Assembly (NCBI GenBank): GCA_964404395.1
Contig: CAYOKA010000003.1
Span: forward strand, 1-42,579
Origin: an uncultured Oscillospiraceae bacterium
GTDB taxonomy: Bacteria; Bacillota; Clostridia; Acetivibrionales; DTU013
DNA: 42,579 nt
Direction of reading: 5' to 3'
The translations under genes were made by a program, and so were the position numbers. The notes beneath the pieces were generated by a model that was not told the DNA's origin, ran no database searches, and worked only from the letters and a program-made list of their open reading frames with translations. Below, in pieces: positions 28,938 to 37,718 of this stretch (position 1 is its first letter; each line of letters starts with the position of its first letter).

Positions 28938-28962
28938 CTGTATGATGTATTACATCATACAG
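28938..28962. promoter_or_regulatory. 25-bp perfect palindrome, probable GntR-family operator
   Basis: CTGTATGATGTA-T-TACATCATACAG has 12-bp perfect arms. It contains the GT...AC core typical of GntR/FadR operators and lies between the -10 hexamer and the regulator's RBS. Confidence 0.6.
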
Positions 28963-28975
28963 GGCGAGGTATAAA

Positions 28976-29686
28976 ATGGCGATTACAGCGATTGAGAAGA
29001 AAAGTGTAAGTGATGAAGTCTTTGGACAGATGAAGAATAATATTGTGTCGGGTGAATGGGCTCCCGGGACGAGGATACCCGGTGAGCTTGAGCTTGCGGA
29101 GCTTTTTCAGGTGAGCAGAGTTTCCGTCAGAGACGCAATACACCGCCTTGTGGGAATGGGTGTTTTAGCAATAAGAAGGGGCGAGGGGACCTTTGTTTCC
29201 GAAATTCTACCCAGTGACTACTTTGATACGTTACTTCCCATATTAATGATTGAGAGACCAAATGTAATCGAGATGCTTGAATTCAGAAACATAATCGAGG
29301 TCGAAAGTGCCAGGCTGGTAGCTATAAGAGCTGACGAGAAAGATATTGAACGGATGGCAGGTATTATAGAGAAAATGGAGAACAGCCGGGGTGATAAGGA
29401 GTTATTTTCAGCTAATGATTTAAATTTCCATTATTCTATGGCAATTGCTACTCATAATAGCGTTATTATTAAAGTGAATGCTATACTATCCGACATGTTG
29501 AAGAAATCCATGGAAGAAATTGTTGGCTTAACAGGTTATGAGGGCGGCATATATTATCATAAAAAAATTCTTGATGCGGTTAGAAATAAGGATAGCGAAT
29601 TATCTGCCTCTCTTATGAAGGAACACATCGATACTACCATGGTAAAAATGAAAAAAGGTAGTAAAGGACAAAAGCCAATTAAGTAA
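28976..29686 (+). CDS. GntR family transcriptional regulator (FadR/FCD subfamily)
   Basis: N-terminal winged HTH (GTRIPGELELAELFQVSRVSVRDAIHRL) followed by a helical FCD-like C-terminal domain. Confidence 0.88.
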   Translation: MAITAIEKKSVSDEVFGQMKNNIVSGEWAPGTRIPGELELAELFQVSRVSVRDAIHRLVGMGVLAIRRGEGTFVSEILPSDYFDTLLPILMIERPNVIEMLEFRNIIEVESARLVAIRADEKDIERMAGIIEKMENSRGDKELFSANDLNFHYSMAIATHNSVIIKVNAILSDMLKKSMEEIVGLTGYEGGIYYHKKILDAVRNKDSELSASLMKEHIDTTMVKMKKGSKGQKPIK

Positions 29687-29722
29687 TAATTTTGACCACT
29701 ATTCATTGAAAGGGTTGATTTT

Positions 29723-30538
29723 ATGAACAGTTCCATCGAAGAGCTAAGGGAAAGGGCAAGGGAACTCCGATTAAACATCGTAAAAATGGTAGGCCCGGAT
29801 AAGACAGGTCATTTTGGAGGCTCATGCTCTATTGCCGATGTTGTCGCCGTGCTTTACTTTGACAAAATGAAGCACGATCCAAAGAACCCTCATTGGGAGA
29901 ACAGGGACAGGCTTGTTTTCAGTAAAGGTCATGCGGCTATAGTGCAGTATGCGGCACTGGGGATGTGCGGCTATTTTCCGGAAGAGGAGTTGACCGGTTT
30001 GAAGAGACTTGGTTCAATGCTTCAGGGGCATCCGGATATGAGAAAGACTAAGGGTATTGAGGCAAATACCGGTTCCTTGGGACAAGGTTTGTCGATTTCA
30101 TGTGGTATTGCGGCAGGAGCCCGGCTGGATAAAAAAGCCTACAGAGTATATTGCATAATAGGCGATGGCGAAATAAACGAAGGCCAAATCTGGGAAGCAG
30201 CCATGTCAGCATCTAATTTTAAGCTCGATAACCTGACTGTAATTTTGGATCGTAACAGGTTGCAAGCTACAGGAGCGATAGTTGATCGCTTCGACACAAA
30301 TCCTCTGAAAGAAAAGTGGGAAGCATTCAACTGGAGTGTTATTGAAATTGACGGACATGATATCGAACAAATAGCAGATGCACTGGATGAGGCAGAAAAG
30401 GTCAAAGGAAAACCTACCATTATCATAGCAAATACGATAAAGGGAAAGGGAATAAAAATCGCAGAAAACAATGCTTCGTTTCATAATGGTTCTATGACGC
30501 AGGAACAATATCAGCAGGCTTGCAAGTGCTTAATGTAA
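29723..30538 (+). CDS. transketolase, N-terminal (ThDP pyrophosphate-binding) subunit
   Basis: 271 aa with GHFGGSCSIADV, FSKGHA and IIGDGEINEGQIWEA. Confidence 0.9.
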   Translation: MNSSIEELRERARELRLNIVKMVGPDKTGHFGGSCSIADVVAVLYFDKMKHDPKNPHWENRDRLVFSKGHAAIVQYAALGMCGYFPEEELTGLKRLGSMLQGHPDMRKTKGIEANTGSLGQGLSISCGIAAGARLDKKAYRVYCIIGDGEINEGQIWEAAMSASNFKLDNLTVILDRNRLQATGAIVDRFDTNPLKEKWEAFNWSVIEIDGHDIEQIADALDEAEKVKGKPTIIIANTIKGKGIKIAENNASFHNGSMTQEQYQQACKCLM

Positions 30539-30551
30539 AGGAGCTGTGGAT

Positions 30552-31523
30552 ATGGCAATGGATAATACAGGGAACAATAATAAACTAAAGGTGAAGCTCA
30601 GCAATCAGAGAAAGGTATACGGAGAAACCCTGATTGAACTGGGTAAGGAAAACAAGGATATAGTTGTACTGGAGGCCGATTTGGGTAAGTCGACCATGAC
30701 ACATGCGTTCCAGCAGGTTTTTCCCGAGCGATATTTTGAAATGGGTATAGCCGAAGCAAATATGATTTCATTTGCAGCAGGGCTTTCACTGACAGGGAAA
30801 ATACCGTTTGCAAACAGTTTTGCGGTTTTTGCGTCAGGACGTGCCTATGATCAGATACGTCAAAGTATTGCCACAGCAAAGCTGAATGTAAAGATTGTAG
30901 GATCCAGCGCTGGTTTGTCCGACTTTGGTGATGGAGCAACCCATCAGTCTGTGGAGGACATCACAATCATGAGAGCTATCCCGAATATGACGGTAATTGC
31001 ACCATGCGATGCTATTGAAACTAAAAAGGTTATAAGGGCGATTGCGGAATATGACGGACCGGTATATGTAAGGACTATAAGAAGCGATATACCTGAAGTT
31101 TTCCCGGAAGATCAGGAGTTTAAAATCGGAAAGCCCAATGTAATAAAGGAAGGTAAGGATATTACGATATTCGCGATCGGCATCATGGTCTCAATGGCCC
31201 TGAAAGCAGCTGAGACTCTTGAAAAGGAAGGCGTTTCAGTAAGGGTAGTCAATGCAAGCACGCTCAAGCCAATAGATGAAAAGGCAATAATTGATTTGAC
31301 TGTCGGCATGAAGGGTGTGGTGACGGCTGAAGAGCATAGTTGTATCGGTGGACTGGCAAGCACCATCACATACATTTTACGCGGGGGAGCAGTTCCCATA
31401 GAGGCCGTAGCAATACAGGACGAATTTGGGCAGTCGGCATATAGCCATGATGAATTACTGGTGCATTATGGTCTCACAGATAATGAGATTGTCAAAAAAG
31501 TCAGGAAAATATTAAACAGATAG
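30552..31523 (+). CDS. transketolase, C-terminal (pyrimidine-binding) subunit
   Basis: ORF 30546-31523 with FEMGIAEANMISFAAGL and DGATHQSVEDI. ATG 30552 lies 8 nt after AAGGAG. Confidence 0.9.
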   Translation: MAMDNTGNNNKLKVKLSNQRKVYGETLIELGKENKDIVVLEADLGKSTMTHAFQQVFPERYFEMGIAEANMISFAAGLSLTGKIPFANSFAVFASGRAYDQIRQSIATAKLNVKIVGSSAGLSDFGDGATHQSVEDITIMRAIPNMTVIAPCDAIETKKVIRAIAEYDGPVYVRTIRSDIPEVFPEDQEFKIGKPNVIKEGKDITIFAIGIMVSMALKAAETLEKEGVSVRVVNASTLKPIDEKAIIDLTVGMKGVVTAEEHSCIGGLASTITYILRGGAVPIEAVAIQDEFGQSAYSHDELLVHYGLTDNEIVKKVRKILNR

Positions 31524-31535
31524 GTGTGAACCATT

Positions 31536-32585
31536 ATGGAAATGATGAAAGCGGTAGTCAAATATGAAAACGTTGCCGGTGCAACGGAAATCCGCCAGGT
31601 GCCTGTCCCGGAAATCGGACCTGATGATGTACTGGTAAGAACCGCTTATATAGGAGTTTGCGGTACAGATCCGCAAATGCATAAGAATCAGACATCTATA
31701 AAATTGCAGGTGCCCTTGATATTTGGGCATGAGTTTGCAGGCACAATAGAGAAAACAGGAAGTAATGTGAAGAATTATAAGCCGGGTGACAGGGTGACGG
31801 CTGAAACACACTTTGACTATTGTGGGGAATGTGAATTATGTCGCACCAATAATTACCATATCTGCAAAGAGCGCAGAGGCTATGGGTTCCAGGCCGACGG
31901 CGCATTTGCGAAGTTTGTTAAGGTGCCTTCAAGGATACTTCATAGAGTGCCCGATAGTGTATCGCTTAAAGAGGCGTCGTTAATCGAGCCGCTGTGTGTT
32001 GCATATAAGGCTGTTGTATCCAATAGTAATGTAAAACCCGGAGACACTGTGGTCGTTATAGGTCCCGGACCGATTGGGATGTTGTGCATCAAGATGGCTC
32101 AGCTTTGCGGTGCCAGTGAAATAATTGCAGTAGGCATTGACGGGGATGAGAATCGTTTGCATATGGCGCTTGAATATGGCGCTACCATGGCTTATAATTC
32201 AAATAAGGATGATGTATCTGTAGCCGTAAAATCGCTGGGCGATGGCTATGGTCCTGATCTTGTTATTGACACCGCAGGTACAGCAGCTACGTTGGCGTTA
32301 TCGATGGACATTGTGCGCCCGGCCGGTCAGATAACGAAAATAGGTTGGGGACCTGCTCCGGTAGGGATTTCACTGGATCCCATCATTGCAAAATCGATTA
32401 CACTCAAGGGTCACTTCAGTCATACATGGGATGTCTGGGAAAAATGCCTGGTGCTGCTTTCAAAAGGGCAGGTCGATCTAAAGCCTCTTATTACGCATGA
32501 AATGCCCATTGATCAGTGGGAAAAGAGCTTTAAGCTTGTTGAAACAAAAGAGGCGATGAAGGTAGTGCTAACACCGATAGATTAA
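31536..32585 (+). CDS. zinc-dependent medium-chain dehydrogenase (sorbitol/threonine dehydrogenase-like)
   Basis: Catalytic Zn site (CGTD, GHEFAGTIE), structural Zn site CGECELC...C, and the NAD fold GPGPIG. Confidence 0.85.
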   Translation: MEMMKAVVKYENVAGATEIRQVPVPEIGPDDVLVRTAYIGVCGTDPQMHKNQTSIKLQVPLIFGHEFAGTIEKTGSNVKNYKPGDRVTAETHFDYCGECELCRTNNYHICKERRGYGFQADGAFAKFVKVPSRILHRVPDSVSLKEASLIEPLCVAYKAVVSNSNVKPGDTVVVIGPGPIGMLCIKMAQLCGASEIIAVGIDGDENRLHMALEYGATMAYNSNKDDVSVAVKSLGDGYGPDLVIDTAGTAATLALSMDIVRPAGQITKIGWGPAPVGISLDPIIAKSITLKGHFSHTWDVWEKCLVLLSKGQVDLKPLITHEMPIDQWEKSFKLVETKEAMKVVLTPID

Positions 32586-32643
32586 TTTTTTAGTTGATTA
32601 ATAGGAGCTTTAATATAATAAAATAAGAATTGGTGGGAATTGT

Positions 32644-33534
32644 ATGTTGAGAAAAATAGGTTTTATAGGTTTGGGAATTATGGGGAAACCCATGGCTAAA
32701 AATCTGCTAAAGGCAGGATACCCGTTGATCGTATATGATATTGTAAAAGAGGCGGTAGATGAATTGGTGGCAGCAGGAGCAGAGCAGGGATGCTCGCCGA
32801 AGGATATAGCACAAAATACTGATCTCATCATTACAATGCTGCCGAATTCACCCCAGGTGAAGGATGTTGTACTGGGCAAAAACGGAATAATTGAGGGTGT
32901 CGAGTCTGGTACTATTGTTATTGATATGAGCTCGATAGCTCCTCTGGCTTCACAGGAAATTGCCGGGAAGCTGAAGGAAGCAGGAGCAGTAATGCTGGAC
33001 GCACCGGTCAGCGGGGGCGAACCGAAAGCTATCGATGGCACACTTTCTATTATGGTTGGAGGTCCCGAGGATACTTTTAAAGAAGTAGAGGATATTCTGA
33101 AGATTATGGGCAGTTCCGTCGTTTTGATGGGGGAAGTTGGAAGCGGTAACGTTACCAAGCTTGCCAACCAAATTATTGTTGCATTGAATATCGCTGCGAT
33201 GTCGGAGGCTATGGTGCTGGCAACAAAGGCAGGCGTTAATCCGGAAAAGGTCTATCAGGCCATTAGAGGGGGCCTTGCCGGGAGTACTGTTCTGGATGCA
33301 AAGGCACCTATGGTGCTTGATAGAAACTTTAAACCGGGCTTCCGCATAGAGCTGCATATAAAGGATCTCATGAATGCAATGGATACCGCACATGGCGTTG
33401 ATGTGCCCGTACCGTTGACAAGCCAAGTACTGGAGATAATGCAGGCGCTGAAGGTGGACGGTAAGGCAGGAAATGACCATGGTGGGATAATCCGGTTCTA
33501 TGAGAAGCTGGCCGGAATAGAAGTAAAAGAATAA
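32644..33534 (+). CDS. garR: 2-hydroxy-3-oxopropionate (tartronate semialdehyde) reductase-like beta-hydroxyacid dehydrogenase
   Basis: IGFIGLGIMGKPMAKNLLKAGY, MLPNSPQVKDV, DAPVSGGEPKAIDGTLSIMVGG, GNVTKLANQIIVALNIAAMSEA and RNFKPGFRIELHIKDL run nearly colinear with E. coli GarR as I recall it. Confidence 0.85.
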   Translation: MLRKIGFIGLGIMGKPMAKNLLKAGYPLIVYDIVKEAVDELVAAGAEQGCSPKDIAQNTDLIITMLPNSPQVKDVVLGKNGIIEGVESGTIVIDMSSIAPLASQEIAGKLKEAGAVMLDAPVSGGEPKAIDGTLSIMVGGPEDTFKEVEDILKIMGSSVVLMGEVGSGNVTKLANQIIVALNIAAMSEAMVLATKAGVNPEKVYQAIRGGLAGSTVLDAKAPMVLDRNFKPGFRIELHIKDLMNAMDTAHGVDVPVPLTSQVLEIMQALKVDGKAGNDHGGIIRFYEKLAGIEVKE

Positions 33535-33568
33535 AGAGCGTTTTCAAATCAGAAATCGCCGATAATTC

Positions 33569-33597
33569 TTGACATTGAGAATATTATGTGATAAATT
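33569..33597 (+). promoter_or_regulatory. promoter upstream of rpmG-secE-nusG
   Basis: TTGACA (33569-33574), a 17-nt spacer, then TAAATT (33592-33597). Confidence 0.45.
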
Positions 33598-33709
33598 GTT
33601 TATTGCTCCGTCGTGGAGGCCTTTTTTTTGTTATCAATTAATAGAGCTGAGAAATAGGGGAAACTAATAGGCTGAGCACCCTAAAAAGCATGGGCTGGAG
33701 GTGTCGTAA

Positions 33710-33859
33710 ATGAGAGTTAAGATTATAATGGCATGTGCGGATTGCAAGCAAAGAAATTATCATACCAAGAAGAACAGGAAAAATGATCCTGACAGGATTG
33801 AAATGAAAAAGTACTGTAGGTTCTGCAATAAACATACGGTACACAAGGAAACAAAATAA
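33710..33859 (+). CDS. rpmG: 50S ribosomal protein L33
   Basis: This 49-codon ORF is absent from the ORF track because it is too short. It reads [49 protein letters not shown], with a CxxC...CxxC zinc ribbon. GGAGGTG lies upstream. Confidence 0.9.
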   Translation: MRVKIIMACADCKQRNYHTKKNRKNDPDRIEMKKYCRFCNKHTVHKETK

Positions 33860-33879
33860 AGTAGCGGAGGTGCACAAGG

Positions 33880-34104
33880 ATGGCTGAGAATGCACGAACA
33901 TCCAAACTGGCCGGTTATAAAAATAAAATTGTCAAGTTTTTTAAAGATATCAGGACTGAATTAAAGAAGGTTATCTGGCCTTCAAGAAAGCAGCTGATTA
34001 ACAGCACGATATCAGTGTTACTTATTTGTTTGCTTCTGGGCGCAGTGGTTTGGGTATCTGACGTTGCTTTTGGACAGTTAGTTGCATGGACTCTGAGGAA
34101 ATAA
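33880..34104 (+). CDS. secE: preprotein translocase subunit SecE
   Basis: 74 aa with FFKDIRTELKKVIWPSRKQL followed by a single TM helix. It occupies the conserved position between rpmG and nusG. Confidence 0.9.
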   Translation: MAENARTSKLAGYKNKIVKFFKDIRTELKKVIWPSRKQLINSTISVLLICLLLGAVVWVSDVAFGQLVAWTLRK

Positions 34105-34125
34105 TGAAGGAGGACATAAAACCTA

Positions 34126-34659
34126 ATGGTTGAAAATAATATGCTTGAAATAGCAAAATGGTATGTGGTACATACTTATTCGGGCTATGAAAACAAGGTT
34201 AAGGCTAACTTGGAGAAGATTGTTGAAAATAGAAGTATGCAGGAGCACATTCTGGATATTGTTGTTCCGATGGAAGAACAGATTGAAATCAAAGATGGTA
34301 AGAAAAAAGCCACCTTACGGAAGGTATTTCCCGGATATGTTCTGGTCAAAATGGTCATGACAGATGAATCCTGGTATGTTGTCAGAAATACCAGAGGTGT
34401 AACCGGGTTTGTCGGTCCGGGATCAAAGCCTGTACCGCTGACAGACGAAGAAGTCAGAACAATGGGTGTTGAAGAGTTTGCACCTATGCTTGATTATGAA
34501 GTGAATGACAATGTAAGAGTTATTAGCGGCCCTCTTGAAAACTTTATTGGTATTGTTGAGGATATCAATATGGAGAAGAAGAAGGTAAGGGTTGCGGTTT
34601 CCATGTTTGGCAGAGAAACACCCGTTGAACTGGAGCTTACACAGATACAGAAGCTATGA
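34126..34659 (+). CDS. nusG: transcription termination/antitermination factor NusG
   Basis: KWYVVHTYSGYENKV, FPGYVLVKM and a C-terminal KOW domain (VRVISGPLENFIGIVEDI). Confidence 0.95.
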   Translation: MVENNMLEIAKWYVVHTYSGYENKVKANLEKIVENRSMQEHILDIVVPMEEQIEIKDGKKKATLRKVFPGYVLVKMVMTDESWYVVRNTRGVTGFVGPGSKPVPLTDEEVRTMGVEEFAPMLDYEVNDNVRVISGPLENFIGIVEDINMEKKKVRVAVSMFGRETPVELELTQIQKL

Positions 34660-34760
34660 TTTGATAGGCAGAAGGCCGAAAGGCCCCTTTCTATAAAGTG
34701 CAGTAAAGCAAGAATTTTGGTATTACGGTTTTAAAAAGAATTGGGAGGTGGATGAAAGCC

Positions 34761-35186
34761 ATGGCAAAGAAAATTACTGGTTATATAAAGCTTCAGATTC
34801 CTGCGGGGAAGGCAACTCCGGCTCCACCGGTTGGACCAGCTTTAGGACAGCATGCTATAAACATCATGGGATTTTGCAAGGAGTTTAATGAGAGGACTGC
34901 TAAAGATGCGGGATTAATCATTCCTGTCGTTATCACCGTTTACGGTGACAGATCTTTTTCCTTTATAACAAAGACTCCTCCGGCAGCAGTACTTCTGAAG
35001 AAGGCGTGCAAAATTGAAAGCGGTTCAGGTAGACCGAACAGTGAGAAGGTTGCAAAGATCAAGATGGAAGAGGTAAGAAAAATTGCCGAGATGAAAATGA
35101 CTGACCTAAATGCGGCAAATATTGATTCTGCAGCCAGAATAATCGCCGGCACAGCCAGAAGTATGGGTATTACGGTAGAGGAGTAA
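34761..35186 (+). CDS. rplK: 50S ribosomal protein L11
   Basis: ORF 34752-35186. ATG 34761 gives [40 protein letters not shown] lies upstream. Confidence 0.95.
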   Translation: MAKKITGYIKLQIPAGKATPAPPVGPALGQHAINIMGFCKEFNERTAKDAGLIIPVVITVYGDRSFSFITKTPPAAVLLKKACKIESGSGRPNSEKVAKIKMEEVRKIAEMKMTDLNAANIDSAARIIAGTARSMGITVEE

Positions 35187-35286
35187 ACGAAGATTGAGCA
35201 AGGAGTGGGAGGGAACCTGATTCCCGAAAAATTTACCACACAAGCGAATTTCGCATTGTGAAATCGCCACGAAGGAGAGGATAGTA

Positions 35287-35982
35287 ATGAAGAGAGGAAA
35301 GAAATATCTCGAGAGCGCAAAGCTCATTGACAAGACTACATTATATGATCCGGCACAGGCTCTGGAGCTTGCTAAACAGACTGCAAAAGCAAAGTTTGAT
35401 GAGACTGTTGAAGCACACATCAGACTCGGCGTCGATTCGAGACATGCAGAGCAGCAGGTCAGAGGCGCGGTTGTTCTTCCCCATGGTACCGGCAAAACAG
35501 TAAGAGTTCTTGTGTTTGCAAAGGGAGACATGGCAAAGGAAGCAGAGCAGAACGGAGCAGATTTTGTTGGAGCGGAAGATCTCGTTGCAAAGATTCAAAA
35601 TGAGAACTGGTTTGATTTTGATGTGGTTGTAGCTACTCCGGATATGATGGGTGTAGTAGGCAGACTCGGTAAGGTACTTGGACCAAAAGGGCTTATGCCG
35701 AACCCGAAGGCCGGTACAGTCACCGCCGATGTTGCAAAGGCTATCGCAGATATAAAAGCCGGTAAGATAGAGTATAGGCTGGATAAGGCAAACATTATAC
35801 ATTGCCCCATAGGGAAGGCATCCTTTGATTTAGAAAAGCTTGGTGACAACTTCCGCACACTTATGAGTGCCATTGTGAAGGCTAAGCCTGTTGCAGCGAA
35901 GGGGCAATACCTTAAAAGCGTAGTTGTTACAACAACAATGGGACCCGGTATAAAAGTAAATCCGGCAAAGGTAATGGATTAG
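35287..35982 (+). CDS. rplA: 50S ribosomal protein L1
   Basis: 231 aa with [24 protein letters not shown] and [16 protein letters not shown]. Confidence 0.95.
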   Translation: MKRGKKYLESAKLIDKTTLYDPAQALELAKQTAKAKFDETVEAHIRLGVDSRHAEQQVRGAVVLPHGTGKTVRVLVFAKGDMAKEAEQNGADFVGAEDLVAKIQNENWFDFDVVVATPDMMGVVGRLGKVLGPKGLMPNPKAGTVTADVAKAIADIKAGKIEYRLDKANIIHCPIGKASFDLEKLGDNFRTLMSAIVKAKPVAAKGQYLKSVVVTTTMGPGIKVNPAKVMD

Positions 35983-36059
35983 TTTTCAATTACCCTTTAC
36001 AAGCTGTGAATAATACTGTAATATAGATTTTGGCTGTTTTGCACAGTCACAATTGAATA

Positions 36060-36190
36060 TATCATATACCGCAGACAGCAGGTGCCTAAGGCATAACAGG
36101 CGAAAGCCGGCCCGCCGAGGTTGAATCGATTTATATAGAATCGTAACCCTTGTTGTCTGTAGCATGCAGAAGCAAGGGTTTTTTATGATA
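36060..36190 (+). promoter_or_regulatory. ribosomal protein L10 leader (autoregulatory RNA with attenuator)
   Basis: ACCGCAGACAGCAGGTGCCTAAGGCATAACAGGCGAAAGCCGGCCCGCCGAGG resembles the L10(L12)4-binding mimic found in Firmicutes rplJ leaders. It is followed by a terminator: AACCCTTG (36145-36152) pairs with CAAGGGTT (36173-36180), then TTTTT. It lies directly upstream of rplJ. Confidence 0.7.
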
Positions 36191-36214
36191 TACAAAACGA
36201 GGGAGGTGGAAAAT

Positions 36215-36757
36215 TTGCCCAAGGAAAGCACTATAAAACAAAAACAAGAAGTTATTAATGTTATCAGCAGTAAGATGAAAGCTGCAAAGGCTATTGCTTT
36301 TGCTGATTACAGAGGCTTGACTGTTGAACAGGACACTCAACTGCGAAGTGAGCTTAGGAAAGCCGGTGTTGAATACAAAGTTGTTAAGAACACACTGACA
36401 AGATTTGCAGCAAGGGAGAGTGGACTTGAAGAACTTGACACATATTTTAACGGCCCCACAGCCATGGCATCAAGTGAGACTGATCCTGTTGCGCCGGCAA
36501 AAATATTGTGTGAGTTTGCCAAGAAAAATAATAAGCTGGAGCTCAAGGTAGGGGTAGTAGAAGGTAAGATTATTGATGTAAACGGCATGAAGGCTTTAGC
36601 CGAGCTGCCGTCAAGGGAAGTGCTTCTTGCCAGAGTGCTTGGTGGTCTTAATGCACCGATATCCGGGCTGGTCAATGTTCTCAATGGGAACATCAGAGGT
36701 TTGGTAGTCGCACTCAATGCGATAGCAGAACAGAAAGCAAATGCAGCGAAAGCTTAG
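36215..36757 (+). CDS. rplJ: 50S ribosomal protein L10
   Basis: ORF 36164-36757. The long form would begin inside the leader terminator. TTG 36215 follows GGGAGGTGG and gives (M)[13 protein letters not shown], typical of L10. Confidence 0.9.
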   Translation: MPKESTIKQKQEVINVISSKMKAAKAIAFADYRGLTVEQDTQLRSELRKAGVEYKVVKNTLTRFAARESGLEELDTYFNGPTAMASSETDPVAPAKILCEFAKKNNKLELKVGVVEGKIIDVNGMKALAELPSREVLLARVLGGLNAPISGLVNVLNGNIRGLVVALNAIAEQKANAAKA

Positions 36758-36810
36758 CATATTGGTATTGTTAATTGAAATTTAACTAAAAAATTAGGAG
36801 GTATTTTAAA

Positions 36811-37194
36811 ATGGCTAGTGATAAAGTTTTGAAGCTGATTGATGAAGTAAAGGAATTGACGGTATTGGAGCTTGCGGATCTTGTTAAGGCTCTCGAAGAG
36901 GAGTTTGGCGTATCAGCAGCAGCCCCCGTGGCAGTGGCGGCAGCACCTGCAGCAGGCGCAGCAGCACCGGTAGAAGAAGAAAAGACTGAATTTGATGTAG
37001 TCCTCAAAGAGGTAGGAGCAGAGAAGATCAAGGTTATTAAGGTAGTAAGAGAAATCACCTCTCTTGGACTGAAAGAAGCCAAGGATCTTGTTGACGGAGC
37101 TCCTAAGACCGTTAAAGAGAACATCAGCAAGGATGAGGCAACTGCTATCGAAACAAAATTCAAGGAAGTTGGCGCTACAGTAGAGATCAAATAG
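36811..37194 (+). CDS. rplL: 50S ribosomal protein L7/L12
   Basis: 127 aa with an Ala/Pro hinge [18 protein letters not shown] and a C-terminal [26 protein letters not shown]. Confidence 0.97.
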   Translation: MASDKVLKLIDEVKELTVLELADLVKALEEEFGVSAAAPVAVAAAPAAGAAAPVEEEKTEFDVVLKEVGAEKIKVIKVVREITSLGLKEAKDLVDGAPKTVKENISKDEATAIETKFKEVGATVEIK

Positions 37195-37210
37195 TTAAAC
37201 CACAGATATA

Positions 37211-37254
37211 AAAGCAAAGGCAGAGGACCGTGTCGGTCATCTGCCTTTGCTTTT
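37211..37254 (+). terminator. rho-independent terminator after rplL
   Basis: AAAGCAAAGGCAGA (37211-37224) pairs with TCTGCCTTTGCTTT (37240-37253), giving a 14-bp stem that ends in a T-run. Confidence 0.8.
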
Positions 37255-37321
37255 GCGCAAAATGCAAAAAAAATACCTAAAAATCTTCAAAAATTACGGA
37301 AAAAACAGCACAAAAATTACG

Positions 37322-37350
37322 TTGACAAGTTGACAACGGTATGTTAGAAT
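37322..37350 (+). promoter_or_regulatory. rpoBC promoter
   Basis: TTGACA (37322-37327), a 17-nt spacer, then TAGAAT (37345-37350). A second overlapping TTGACA (37330-37335) is spaced 17 nt from TAAACT. Confidence 0.55.
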
Positions 37351-37718
37351 TATAAACTGCGTTATAATTGAAATGTAACACTTTTTCCATCTAAAAAGGA
37401 TTGATTTGCTTTACAAAACGATTATAGCACAGGAGAATAAATTAGACAAGAATTGTTAATAATTAATTATTGGTTGTTTAGGCAATTTTATGGTAAGATT
37501 GCTAGCATGGATTAGCCCCAAAAGCTTTTAATAATACTACTAAAAGCTTTAATATACACCGGTGTTTCGGACGTGTTTTATACTGATACAGCCGGTGATC
37601 CGGTTGGATTGCATGAAAGCAAGCCTTTCAAGTAAGGTTTTTAAGATGCAGGCATCGTAAAAGACCTGGAAAGTGATGTTCGATTTACAACAAATCATAA
37701 TTTATGAGGTGATTTTTA

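Noticed and set aside
33604-33632. T8 run preceded by a 4-bp stem just downstream of the rpmG promoter, considered as the garR terminator.
   Set aside because: The stem (CTCC/GGAG) is too weak to call. Its position after the promoter makes either interpretation uncertain.
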